Assembly (NCBI GenBank): GCA_038087875.1 | Contig: CM075992.1 | Span: 8,124,001-8,188,000 of the forward strand | Direction: 5' to 3' | DNA: 64,000 bases | Source of the DNA: Malacoraja senta | Lineage: Eukaryota | Shown here: positions 25,361 through 37,759 of the stretch, piece after piece | Layout of the letters: the number at the start of each line of letters is the position of its first letter | Position numbering within the stretch: the stretch's first letter is position 1 | Notes under the pieces: generated by a model | What the model was told of the DNA's origin: nothing | Database searches by the model: none | The model's input: the letters and a program-made list of their open reading frames with translations, nothing else | Made by a program: the position numbers and the translations under genes

Positions 25361-27864
25361 AGAGAAGTTGCAGAAAGGATGTGCCATGGGCAGGTAGTGG
25401 AGGGCTTTCATCCAGGAGGTGAGCATTGAAACAGGGGGATCTCTGCACCTGAAAAAGCATGTCTTTGTCCTTTAATGCTTTGAGGCCGTCGTTTTTAAGT
25501 TAAACCGCCTAATCCATGACATGGAGAGCATGTGATGGCAGCCGCACTCTAAAATCAACCTTGATTTGTTCCGATTTCATGAACTGATTTCAGTTGATTG
25601 CAGTCTCAAACCAAACCAATTTTACACTCGACATGACAAAGCTGGCCTCTCCTTCCGCGCTGCGAGTTGTACCTTTGGATCACATCTATTGAAATGAACT
25701 GTGCTGCTCCCTCCCTGTGTGTGTGTGTGCGTGTGTGTATGTGGAGCCTCACTCACGGCAAGAGATAGTGGGGAGAGCACCCTGTGAGTAAAGCAGTTTG
25801 AAGAACATCTCTGTCTTGCTTTTCTCTGACTTGCAAACCATTTTGGAGACAGTTTCACTGCAAGTAGACTAACTGTTGTAATAATAGCATTTAATTGTTG
25901 CGATCCCTTTCTGTATTCTACATCCAGTCTTTTGTCCACACACGTGAAGCATGGCTACTTCACCATATAACATGGTCGTTTTTCATTTATATGTTTAATT
26001 GAATCTGGAGCATGTGAACAATTTCTCTTTCCCCTGAGGGCTGAGCCTTTCTTCCTGTCAGGATCTATAACTCCTGTAATTTTGGTGGAAGCTGAAAGTC
26101 TGGCTTGCATTGTGGTGTAATTTTGAAGGTGCGGGCTGCGGGATTGGTTTTACAATGGGCGTGACGGTATGTGTAGGATAAGGTTGAGGGTCTCGGAGAG
26201 AAGGGCGGGTGAGAGTGGTAGACAGAGGGAGTTGGATGTGAATTCGGAAAGCTGCTCAGAGTTTAGCACTGGCGGTTTTAGCTGTTTGGTTTGATGGTCT
26301 GCTGAGGGTTCTCGTGAGCAAGAAGCACAAAAATAGCACAGCAGTTGAACCTTTCTCTAAAGTACCCGCACGGACGTGGTACACGGTGGCGAAGGGTCTG
26401 TTTCCACGCGATATCTCTTAACTGAATAAAAGTGAAGGCTGCATCAAATGATTTGAGAATGGGAGCGAAAATTCCCACTGCTCTCTCGTCATCATCTGCA
26501 CTTGTGGTTTAAACACGTGTTGTACAGCAAGGGCCATTAGTTAGTATTGGAGCCCTGCTACACACGCCATTGTTTGGGTTGACATTGTGGAGCTGAGGCC
26601 ACAGAGATATTGAATGGCGGGACAGGCTTGCAAGGCCTATATAGGTGGAAGATGATCTAAGAGTTGTTTAAGAAAGAACTGCAGATGCTGGAAAAATCGA
26701 AGGTGGACAAAAAATGCTGGAGAAACTCAACGGGTGAGGCAGCATCTATAGAGATTCTCTGTCTCGGAGGGCGGTGGAGGCAGGTTCTCTGGATGCTTTC
26801 AAGAGAGAGCTAGATAGGGCTCTTAAAAATAGCGGAGTCAGGGGATATGGGGAGATGGCAGGAACGGGGTACTGATTGGGGATGATCAGCCATGATCACA
26901 TTGAATGGTGGTGCTGGCTCGAAGGGCCGAATGGCCTACTCCTGCACCTATTGTCTATTGTCTATTGACCGGTGGAGAAGGGGTCATCACTGGGTGGGGA
27001 GAACTCCTTCCCAGAGAAAATGGCCCGGTGTCGGAGGCACCGGAAGTAAAGCTGTACGTAAGGAATAGGCGATGTTTCGGGTCGAGGCCCTTCTTCAGAC
27101 TGACCTTAGAGGATCTGTATAAAAGCATAGAAACTCGGCAACTGAATAGCAACTGTGGTAAGACTCTTGTTCAGAGAGTGGAGAGGGCAACGCTGAGATT
27201 TGGCTGCTCTTTGGCTTGGGGCTGTTTCAGAATGACAAGGTGCTGCTGCTTGAAGTAGAAGGGGAAAAGGTACGTGAGATAGTACGTGAAAGTGGGGCTG
27301 TGCAAGGCAAGATGGGAGAGGCGAACAAGGTTTGATAATGTCACTATTAATTGCCTTACCTTCATATTACCTTCCACAAGCCAGTTCTGAATTTTAAAAA
27401 TCTTATTCTGCAAACATCCAGCTTCCCCCTGGAGTTAATGTTGATGTGGCCTCGTCAGAAGATCCTGCAGGAAGGGGGCCCATTTACTCCGTGGAAAGAT
27501 CATTGTTTATTTTCTTAACATCCCAGTCCCCCCCCTCCCCGCAATCCCAAATCCTTCCACTCTCTCTCTCAGGAATCGGAATATAAAGCACTTCCTCCTT
27601 ACCAGACTGGATATTTCCTGCCTGTGAAGCCAGCATGCCAACCTTCAGTACTTTTGTCACCGCATTGTCAAGCTGCCTTCATCTTGAAATCCTTTCAACT
27701 GCCGCCTAATGTTAAGAGGCACTTTGCAATAAACTATCTCAGTTCAGCTCAGAAAAAAACATCTCGTAGCTTTTGGCCGAATGAAACTGAAAAGAAAAAA
27801 CACCAAAGAGAAAAGAAAAATTGCCTGTTAGAAGCTTTAAACTTACTGGGAATCTTATTATTTT

Positions 27865-27870
27865 AATAAA
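27865..27870 (+). promoter_or_regulatory. Candidate distal MAP2K7 polyadenylation signal
   Basis: AATAAA followed by T/GT-rich sequence; repeat-derived DNA resumes shortly after. Confidence 0.45.
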
Positions 27871-30800
27871 GCAGATTATTAAGTGCAACAGATTATATGA
27901 GTAGATACTTTCTACAAAGTTGTTTATTTGATAGTTTATTTAAAGGGGTGTCTGGAATGAGAGGGGAAAGTCTTGTGTGAAAAGGGAGTTTCTTTTAAGA
28001 TTGAGATAAGAGAAACTCCTTCTCTCAGAGGGTTGTGAATCTTTGGAAGTCACTGCCCTGGAGAGCTGTAGACGGCGAGTCATTAAATATATTGAAGAGT
28101 TAAATAGAGTATAAGAGAATCAAAGAGATCGGACAATGAAATGGAGCTGAGACCAATGATGGGATGAGCTGTTGAACGGTGGAGCAGGTTTGTGGGGGTT
28201 CAGTCTCCTGCCCCGTCACCACAACCTGCGTTCCTTTTCTGGTAAAGCTCTCCACTTATCTAGGCCTCACGCAGGTGGAAGGCTGTGGGGATGAGGCAGG
28301 AGACTGGGAGTTGAAGCCAATGATAAGATAAGCCATAATCTCACCGAGTGAATCTCAGGAGGCTGCGGCGGCCATGCCTGACCCTGTTTCTCAGCAACGT
28401 CCACCAGCGTACACGTGTAAAGGAACATTCAGGCCAGAGAGAAACTTGTTGCGGAGCCTTGAGAGGCCTTTCAGTGGTGAACCCTAAAGCCACGACGTGA
28501 CTTTGTGCGATTTAATGTGCAAAGACGTTAACATCGTCCTCACTGACTGCATGGTAAAGTAACACTGTAGCAGCTGACAGACGTACCAAGTTCTTTTGCA
28601 CTATGGCATAACCTCTAGGCCCAAGAAGGTGATCCCTTGCAATGGATTCTCAACTCACTGTCCTTGATGTGGATAATGGTGATTGCTGTGTGTGTGTGTG
28701 TGTGTGTGTGTGCACGCACGCATGTGTATGTGTCAAACGTCAGTGTAAGTGTGTAAACAGTGTGACCATGTGTGTGTGTGTACACAGTAGATGTGTGTCT
28801 AAGGTCATAAGTGATAGGAGCAGAATTAGACCATTCAGCCCATCAAGTCTATTCCGCTATTCAATTATGGCTGATCCACCTCTCCCTCCTAACCCCATTC
28901 TCTGAGCGATGCCACTAAGTGTGTAAGTGTTGTCTGTGTGTATGTAAGCAGTTGTCACTGTAAGTGTGTGTGTGTGTAAACAGGATAGGTGTATATATGC
29001 AATGTCACTGTTGTGTATGCAGTATAAAAGTGTGAGTGCACGTGTGTAAGTTGCGTGAGAGTAAGTGTGTGCGTGTTGTACGCTGGTGTGCTGGTGTTTT
29101 CACGGAGTGAAGGTGCTGCCGGGAATGACTCGCTCAATATAATGCCAGAGCCCATCGTCCGCTTGATGCCTGGTCTGCTCGTCCTTGTGACCAGGGGGGG
29201 AGGGGGGGGCAGGCGTAGAGTGAAATCAGATGGCACTTTGGAATAGCGGAGATGGAGGAAATAGGGAACCAGTCATGTGGATAGTGGAGGTGAAAGGACT
29301 TCAGAAATCGGATGCATTGATTGTCGTTGTGTAAGGAATATGGATTAAGGGCAGCAAAATGGTTTTGAACTGCAAAGCATTTATGTCTAAGTGATTGTCA
29401 GAACAATCCAACGATCTTGTGCTTGTGCACCAAGAGGCATTTGACATACTCTTGCAATGGGGTAGGCCTCAGTATAGAGCCACCGCTCAACATTTGTAAA
29501 GTCCATTGAGGAGATAAGGGCTCAAATGGTGGCAGGGGAATGGGGTTGAGAGGGAAAGGTAGATCAGCCATGATTGAATGGCAGAGTAGATGATGGGCTG
29601 AATGGCCTAATTCTGCTCCTACCACGTATGAGCATGAGATGTTCAAATATCCCCATCTGGACTCAGCACTGACTTTAATGAACAGGAAATTTGGCAGAAG
29701 GGGGTTGGATCGATTGCTCATTGAGAATCTACTCTGAATTCACAAAGAGCCCTGAGAGAAGTTTTTGCTGTCGTCATTTCCACATCTTGAACCGCATGAT
29801 GCAAAATCATCACATAATCAAAACGGAAAATGCTGGAAACACACAGCCGGTCAGGCTGCACCTGTGGGAAGAGAAATGGAGTTAATGTTTCTGATGAGGA
29901 GTCTTTCACCTGAAACATTATCTCTGATCAAGAAGGAACTGCAGATGCTGGAAAATCGAAGGTAGACAAAAGTGCTGGAGAAACTCAGTGGGTGCGGCAG
30001 CATCTATGGAGCAAAGGAAATAGGCAACGTTGCCTATTTCCTTCGCTCCATAGATGCTGCTGCACCCACTGAGTTTCACCAGCAATTTTGTCTACCTTAT
30101 CTCCCATCATCCTTCCATAGATGCCCCCTGATCAGCTGAACCTTTCTAGCAGGTTTTTATTTCAGATTTCCACCATCTGTAGATCTATATGATTGTCATC
30201 GACGTCAAGTCATCATTATTCCAAGTTGATTTTTTTTAGTTGTGTTGGACTTGTTTTAACTTAGAATTTAATGTCTGTCAGCCCTTTATGGTGAAGAAGA
30301 CATCTCTGTAAACAGCTTTTGATATTGCAGTTTCTGAAAGAGGCATTTTGACCTTTAATTGTCCTCACTCTCTTAACGCCTGGGTTTACTGAGCGTGTTG
30401 TCATGAGAACAGGCTGTCTGTCTCTCCCCCTTATGTACACATGCGCACACACACAGACCTGCACACGCACATACAAACGCACGCACACACACACACACAG
30501 ACTTGTAGATCCACGAATGCTCAGTGCTCTGAATCCTGCACCAGACAATAATGGCAGGGTTCACTTCAATCACAATGGTTCCATTTATCAGTCTGTTGGA
30601 TGTCCTCCAGAAGTAAATGCAGTTTTATTGCATTTGTATTTTTTTACGTTTTAATTTTGAAAAAAGTGTTTTTTAATTATATTCTCTGCAGTTAGCTTCT
30701 ACCTGCAGCGAACACATTGATGGAGCCTACATTGTATGCATGTCACACAAAGGCAGCCAAAAGGAGCTTTTACATATGGTAGATTGGTCAGAAAAGTAGG

Positions 30801-31013
30801 AATTAGCAATTTGCAATATATCAATTGCATGTTAATGTATGGGTTAATATGGGTACGTATTACGCTGCAGTGCCCAGTATTGCTCTTGTTAGGCACAAGA
30901 TCACAACAGGGTTTAGGTGTGTCCCAAGGTTTGGACTGATCTCATCTCACATGTCAGTTAGTAGAGGTTTAGTTTCTTGAATGTCAGATATGTGACGCTT
31001 TTTCCTTACCATA

Positions 31014-31229
31014 CAGTGCCCTCCATAATGTTTGGGACAAAGACCCGTCATTTATTTATTTGCCTCTGTACTCCACAATTTGAGATTTGTACTAGAAAAA
31101 AATCACATGTGGTTAAAGTGCACATTGTCAGATTTTAATAAAGACCATTTTTATACATTTTGGTTTCACCATGTAGAAATGACAGCAGTGTTTATACATA
31201 GTCCCCCCCATTTCAGGGCACCGTAATGT
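31014..31229. mobile_element. Tc1-like transposon left end (truncated)
   Basis: TA|CAGTGCCCTCCATAATGTTTGGGAC terminus with inner direct repeat cagggcaccgtaatgt. Confidence 0.7.
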
Positions 31230-32324
31230 CCAAAACACCTCCCTGATCCCAGCTCTAGATTGCTGCAGATTAGTTTTCCTTTCTCGAGACAGAGTTGCCA
31301 CAACCTAACCCAGGCCTGTTGCCCAAGGCTTCTCTTCCTGCAGAATCAGATGCCTCTCCTTGCTATGACAGGAAAAATCTGCTCTTAAAGTCGCTAATCC
31401 ACAACAGTTAGTGGAGTCAGTTCATGGGATAGGAGCAGAATTAGGCCATTCGGCCCATCAAGTCTACTCCGCCATTCAATCATGGCTGATCTATCTCTCC
31501 CTCCTAACTCCATTCTCCTGCCTTCTCCCCATAAGCCCTGACACCCGTACTAATCAAGAATCTATCTATCGCTGCCTTAAAAATATCCACTGACTTGGCC
31601 TCCCCAGCCGTCTGTGGCAAAGAATTCCAGATTCACCACCGTCTGACGAAAGAAATTCATCCTCAACTCCTTCCTAATGTCCTTTAATTCTGAGGCTGTG
31701 ACCTCTGATCCTAGACTCCCCCACGAATGGAAACATCCTCTCCACATCCAGTCTATCCAAGCCTATGAGGTGGGTGGGGAGGTGCAAGGGAGATGATGAG
31801 CTGTGGCCTGACCTTTGCAGTCCTGTCAATGGATAATTGCGTGGAAGTGGAACTAATGGTGGTGATGGATCTGAGACTGCTTGACATGGATGTGGATGAG
31901 ATAGAATGGGACAAAATTGCTTTTGATGTTATTCTTGCATGGACAATGTCTTATTTTTTCAAAAATCTTTTTTTTTTTTAAGTTATAGTATTTTATTTAT
32001 TTTGTGTTACACGTGAGCAGTACGGAGTGTGAATGGTTTCTTATCCTTTCTGTTTCTCATTGCGAATGTCTCTGGACTTTGAGAAGATCTTGTTGTCATT
32101 GCCGGACCGGGCTTTCAAAGTTAAGCACGGTTGAATCCTCTCCTTAACCTTCACCCAAAGTTGTTATGCTCAGCGTATAAAGAGAAATCAGAGAATAAAG
32201 AACAGTACAGCATCGGAACAGGCCCTTCATCCTATGATGTCTGTGGTGAACATGGTGCCAGGTTAAAGTAATCCTCTCTGCCTGCACGGGATGCATATCC
32301 CTCCATATCCATGTGCCTATTTAA

Positions 32325-32634
32325 CTTACTACTTACTTACTGCCTATTATGCCTCCTGGCATGTAGGGCAGCAACGAAGGTCCTCCACTCAGTAGTGTTG
32401 ATTCCTTCAGTTGCTGTTTCCGTAATATATTTATTTTACGAGACAGGGTTGTTAGCCCTGTGCTCAACCTCCAACCTGGAGGACCAGTGGATCGCTCTTC
32501 GTCTCGCCTCTACCCTTCGACCTGTCCAGCATGGGAGACCCTAACAGGAGACGAATCTCCCGCTGGCGTAGCTCTCGGGGTCACTGAGAGACACAAGCTC
32601 CCCGACCACGACAAGGTTGCAATCCAACGGGGAG
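32325..32634 (-). mobile_element. Short bipartite RTE-type non-autonomous element with a 5' HDV-like ribozyme fold
   Basis: 12-bp TSD GTGCCTATTTAA (32313-32324, 32635-32646); (GTAA)n tail; RTE-like 5' UTR fused to an RTE-like 3' end. Confidence 0.8.
32488..32634 (-). ncRNA. Predicted HDV-like ribozyme with a long P4
   Basis: P1 CUCCCCG/CGGGGAG, P2 UGGAUUGC/GCGAUCCA, P3 ACC/GGU, L3 UUGUCGU, J4/2 CGAAG. Confidence 0.65.
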
Positions 32635-32669
32635 GTGCCTATTTAAAAGCCCCTTCAATGGCTCTATAG

Positions 32670-33163
32670 CAGGGGTTTTCCAACCTTTCTCATCCCGTTT
32701 ACCCCTGGCAACTTGTCGAAAGTAAATTTACCCCCATCCTGTTTTGTTCAGTCATTTAGAGTTTACACTTCTCCCATAATAAAGCATCCGACAAAGGGGA
32801 CATTTTATAACACTGTTTTTCAAATAACAATCATAATAGCACATAACAATGTTAATTCACTTGTTTATGAACAACTAATGATGAACAAATACCGGTCGGT
32901 ATACCAGAACCAAACACAGTCAGTCAATGAGAACACATCAATCAATGAGACAATTAAGTAAAAAATAAAATATGTTAAGTCCAAAGCGGTAGAAAGAAAA
33001 AGAAAAAAAATCACAAAATTCAAATTTTCTTCTGAATTTCAGATAAAAATATATATATATATTTGAAGAAAAAAAAGTACAAATCCAGAATCAACAAATG
33101 TACCCCCTGGGTAGGTGAAATTTATCCCATGGGGGTAAATTTACCCCAGGTTGGGAACCCTTG
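32670..33163. mobile_element. hAT-superfamily MITE
   Basis: 8-bp TSD CTCTATAG (32662-32669, 33164-33171); TIRs CAGGGGTTTTCCAACCT / AGGTTGGGAACCCTTG. Confidence 0.85.
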
Positions 33164-33254
33164 CTCTATAGAATCTGCCTCTACCACCACCCCTGGCAGC
33201 GCATTCCAGGCACCCACTACTCTACATTCAAAAAACTTGCCCCACACATCCCCC

Positions 33255-33500
33255 ACCTGTCCTGCATGAGAGCCCAGTGATCCAGATACCTGAACCTCTC
33301 CCTCCTGCCCCTAGCTCCTTTGCCTCATTGAACTGATCTTTCTACTTCTTGTTGATGGTACAGGTGGTAACGCTGAGGTCCTGTTTCTTTAACCTTCCAA
33401 CCAACTCCCCATATTCTCCTGTCAGGACCTCATCTCCCTTCCCACCTGTCATTGGCACCAACATGGACCATTGCCCCAGGCTGCTCACCCTTCTGTTAGA
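33255..33500 (-). mobile_element. Degenerate CR1 ORF1 (SGNH esterase-like) fragment
   Basis: frameshifted VHVGAND / DEVLTGEYGELVGRLKK / FRYLDHW motifs. Confidence 0.6.
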
Positions 33501-35679
33501 ATCATTTATCATCAATGATGTGTCATCTGCTCTAAATGGCGAATGATTCTTTATCAATCACATCACTGATCAATCATTTCTGTGAATAGTCCTCGAGGGT
33601 GAGGCCAATTACCTGTGAACACAGCTGGAGACCAGTGAATAATACCACGACCGTCGGTGGGCTGAAGGGTCTGTTTCCATGCTGTATTTCCAAACTAAAC
33701 TAAGCAGGGGAAATGATGGCCATACTGCTCACTTTAGCTGAGGGTGTTCGTGCTTTGAATCCAAGCTTTGGTGCTGAGGAGCTGAGCTCGATTATGGGAC
33801 ATGGTCTTGGAGTAGCAGGGGGATGTCACCATTAATCTTTAGTGTAGGAAGGAACTGCAGATGCTGGTTTACACTGAAGATGGTCTCAAAATTCTGGAGT
33901 AACTCAGCGGGACAGGCGGAATAGAATGAGTGGAATTCTCTGCCTCAGAGGGCGGTGGAGGCAGGTTCTCTGGATGCTTTCAAGAGAGAGCTAGATAGGG
34001 CTTAAAAATAGCAGAGTCAGGGGATATGGGGAGAAGGCAGGAACAGGGTACTGATTGGGGATGATCAGCCATGATCACATTGAATGGCGGTGCTGGCACG
34101 AGGGGCCGAATGGCCTACTCCTGCACCTATTGTCTATTGAATGCCACCACTCCTATCCAGAGATGCTGCCTGTCCCGCTGAGTTACTCCAGCATTTTGTT
34201 TCCATCACCATTAATCTTGGTGTCTCAGGGTCAGGTGAGGGTTGGAACATCAAAGTTCCCGCTCCTCCCCCATGTGGAGCATGTGTACGCTGTGTTGGTC
34301 GAGGAGAGACACTCAGGGTTGCCTTTAGTCCAATGCCCTGTTGACAATCACTCTAGGTTCATGTAATGCAAGCACGGTGCTGAAGGGCGTTGGGCTCTCG
34401 GCAGACCTGTCGTGGAGTTGGCTTCTTCAGGGCAGTGTATTCAGTCGGAGTGGATCTGATCTTCCTCATGGAGATCATGACGCCAGTCATTGCCTTTCAT
34501 TAAAAAGTTCCAAATGATCACATCGATCATCGATACTTTGGCTGTAACAGAGCAGAAAGATTTCTGCCCACCCTTGTGGGTTTTAACCTGAGCTGAGTAT
34601 CTTGTTCACGTTGTATCTTCTGCTCTCTGCCTCTCCAGCTGATGTTTGCATTTAATAAGATATGGGACTGATGTTGTGCCTCTTATCCAGACTAAAAACC
34701 TCACTGGGTTGTGTGTGAGAGAGAGGAAGAGAGCAGAAGGATGAATAAAGTTAATGTTTAACAATGACAAATTTTGGCACTTGTGTTACAACTTATTTAC
34801 ACCAAACACATCTCATTAATTGTGGTCATTAACACGATGTTTATTTTTACATTTGCATTTTATTTAATGGAAAATTGTTCTTACAAAACCCTGTACAACC
34901 CCAAAGCTCGCTCAGTGGCCAAAGACTCCTCCTCCTCCACAAGAGTGACTTGAGGCCTTCTGAAAACAAATGGCAATTTTCAGTTTTCAAGGCTGGCCTT
35001 TTGCGCTAATGAAGCCCAGCAGTTTCTCTGCGCTGCAGCAGGGATACGTCAGTCAGAGGCTGTAGCCCCTTATCAGAATCGGTAAAGCCTGGTTTAAAAA
35101 TCACATTTGGCAATTTCATATATCAATGCGGAGGTTCCGCCATGCTACTGACAGGGCCAGCTTCTCTTTAAACTTACTCCTTGGAAAACTAACTTAAAGC
35201 GCGTGCTTTACGCAGATTTGCATTTGGTGTAATGCATGGCCAGGAAAAGCTATCGGAGAAAATCCTAAATGCAAACGATTCAGTTCAACATTTCAAAGAC
35301 TTACCATTTCAGACCAAGATCATGGAAGCAAATCAATGAATTTAGTGTTATGGGCATCCAAATGATTGTATTTTTAAACTCTTTGCATTGTAAACACAAT
35401 TAAAAAGTATGTACTTTCCATCCAACAACGTGACCTGTGTGTTTTCTTGCTCCTTATTTTCCGTGGTGTCCTCATTGTGGAGTATTGCAGCTCAGGACAC
35501 CACTGTCCATCTCCACTGCTTCATCCCAGCTGTATCAACTCACTTCCCTCAGAACGTACGAGGCAGAGGAAGCATTTGAATCAATGATTTATTTCTGCAC
35601 GCCCATTCACTCTGTCATTGAACCCAACGAGGAGTATCCCTGCTGTTCAGGGTTTAAGTTCAGCGGTACATGGATTAGT

Positions 35680-36020
35680 GTATAAAATCGCAAGAGGAAT
35701 AGATTGGGTAGATGCACAAAGTCTCTTGCCCAGAGTAGGGGAATCAAGGACCAGAGGACATAGGTTCAAGGTGAAGGGGAAAATATTTAATAGGAATCTG
35801 AGGGGTAACGTTTTCACACAGAGGGTGGTGGGTGTATGGAACAAGCTGCCAGAGGAGGTAGTTGAGGCTGGGACTATCCCAACATTTAAGAAACAGTTGG
35901 ACATGTACATGGATAGGACAGGTTTAGAGGGATATGGACCAAACGCAGGCAGGTGGGACTAGTGTTGCCGGGACATGTTGGGCCGAAGGGCCTGTTTCCA
36001 CATTGTATCACTCTGACTAT
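35680..36020 (+). mobile_element. CR1 LINE 3' fragment (second subfamily)
   Basis: RTRGHRFKVKG...FTQRVVGVWNKLPEEVVEAG. Confidence 0.9.
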
Positions 36021-36206
36021 GATTAGAGGCAACATTTCTTCCTAGCAATGTATAGGAGTGTGGAAGTGTTCCCTCGATTCCATCGTCCACATCTGTTTGA
36101 TTCTATCCCACCTTCTCTGCTCAACACACATATACCCTATCTATAAATAATCTCCAAACACCTTCAGTTAAACAAACTCCGTAGATATTTTTAAAAATCC
36201 AATCGA

Positions 36207-36212
36207 TTTATT
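36207..36212 (-). promoter_or_regulatory. DDX39A polyadenylation signal
   Basis: AATAAA on minus about 255 nt after the stop codon, followed by a T-rich tract. Confidence 0.65.
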
Positions 36213-36465
36213 AACCAACAAACCACCTTCAGGTAAAGACAGGCAGAAGGAGCAATATACAAACAAATTAACACAGATCCAATGTTGTATAAAAGCTTCA
36301 ATTCTTCCACACAAATTTCAATCCATGAAACAGTTTTAAAAAAGTAGATATTGACAAAAAAAAAATTTAAAAGACATCTTCCCATCTTGCAGGCAGAGGC
36401 ATCGAATGACCAGTCAACTGCGATGAGTTCCCACAGGATCCTTTCAGCCCTCACTGGCTCAGATT

Positions 36466-36482
36466 CTATCGACTTTGTTCAA
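36466..36482 (-). CDS. DDX39A: DDX39A last coding exon (IEQSR*)
   Basis: tcttccag|TT GAA CAA AGT CGA TAG; IEQSR is the DDX39A-type end (DDX39B ends IEQTR). Confidence 0.92.
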
Positions 36483-37759
36483 CTGGAAGACAAGAATACT
36501 ACCGTAAAATACACTGAATACAAAGCAGAGGGTAAAGCCCAAATCATCTGAAAAGCACAACTGATGAATTCAAACTGACGTAGACACTCCCTGGCTTACG
36601 CAATAGGTGACTTACATAAAACTCGTACAGAAACAATTCTATACTCAGTCCCCAATGCAATCAAAGCAGTTTATAATTTTCACGACAATACGATCTCTCA
36701 AGTTTACATCAGAAAAACCAGCAACGGTTGTGTTGATCCAGAAGATCACGCGGGGCAGGACACGCCTAGGATGCAGCTGAGACGGTTAATACTCTGAATT
36801 ATTTCGGGCAGGGAATGGGGATTCTGACTTAAGTTAAGGGTTCACAGAATCAATCTGATGAATGGGGAGACAAGACACTGCCAATGGAAAACAAATTGCT
36901 GAAAGAACTCAGCAGGTCAGGCAGACTCTGAGGAGGGAGAAGTCCCCGTCCCCGTCCCCGTTGACCAGCGATCACCCCGAATACTAGCATTATCCTAGAC
37001 TATGGACAATTTACAGAAGCTAATTCATCTACAAACCAGAGTGTCTTTGGAATTTGGGAGGAAACCAGAGAACCCGGAGAACGTACAAACTCTGCAGACA
37101 GCGCCCGTAATCAGGATGGAACCCGGGTCTCTGGCTCTATAAGGCGCCAACTCTGCCGCTGTGCCACCCCCAACTGCTCTTTAATCCACCCCGTATATTC
37201 CCCTATACCATGCATTTTAATCTAACATAGTACAGGACAGAAATGAGCCCTTTGGCCCACAACACCTGCGCCGAACATGCTGCCAAGGTAAACCAATCTC
37301 ATCTGCCCGCACATGATCCATATCCCTCCATTTCCTGCACCACTATCGTATATGCCTCCACCTTCAGCCCCGGCAGCACGTTCCAGCCACCCGCCACCAG
37401 ACAAAATATAAAGCAAATAATCCACTGTCTGGCTCAGTGGGAGAAGGGTGCTGTAGCCGGAGAATGGATTCAGTGTTTCCAGTCTCTCCCAATGGGTGCA
37501 AGGTTGATTCTCCAGGGACTGAGGTACTGGAGAATGAATGCTGGCGGTAACAGTTCTAGCACTGGAGGAAAAACATTTGCAGATGATTCTCTGGCTACAA
37601 TGAACAATGAAGCCACACAAGCACGGGTCAGATCTAAATGAACACCCCCAGGACACAGACATGTCCTTGTGTTATGGCCCTTGAGGGGTTACTGCTCTCA
37701 AACAGTACAACTGTGAGAACTTGAATGGGTAGTTTGATAACTTAATGTTCCAGGGGTTT

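Noticed and set aside
25079..25426. ER-rich and SL-rich ORFs
   Set aside because: Translations of the CT microsatellite.
28395..28500. Acceptor plus short ORF as another MAP2K7 terminal exon
   Set aside because: It lies beyond the AATAAA, shows no similarity to MKK7 tails and has no other support.
33511..33571. Possible box C/D snoRNA (ATGATG...CTGA)
   Set aside because: Too short, no terminal stem outside the boxes and no plus-strand host intron; better explained as a short inverted repeat.
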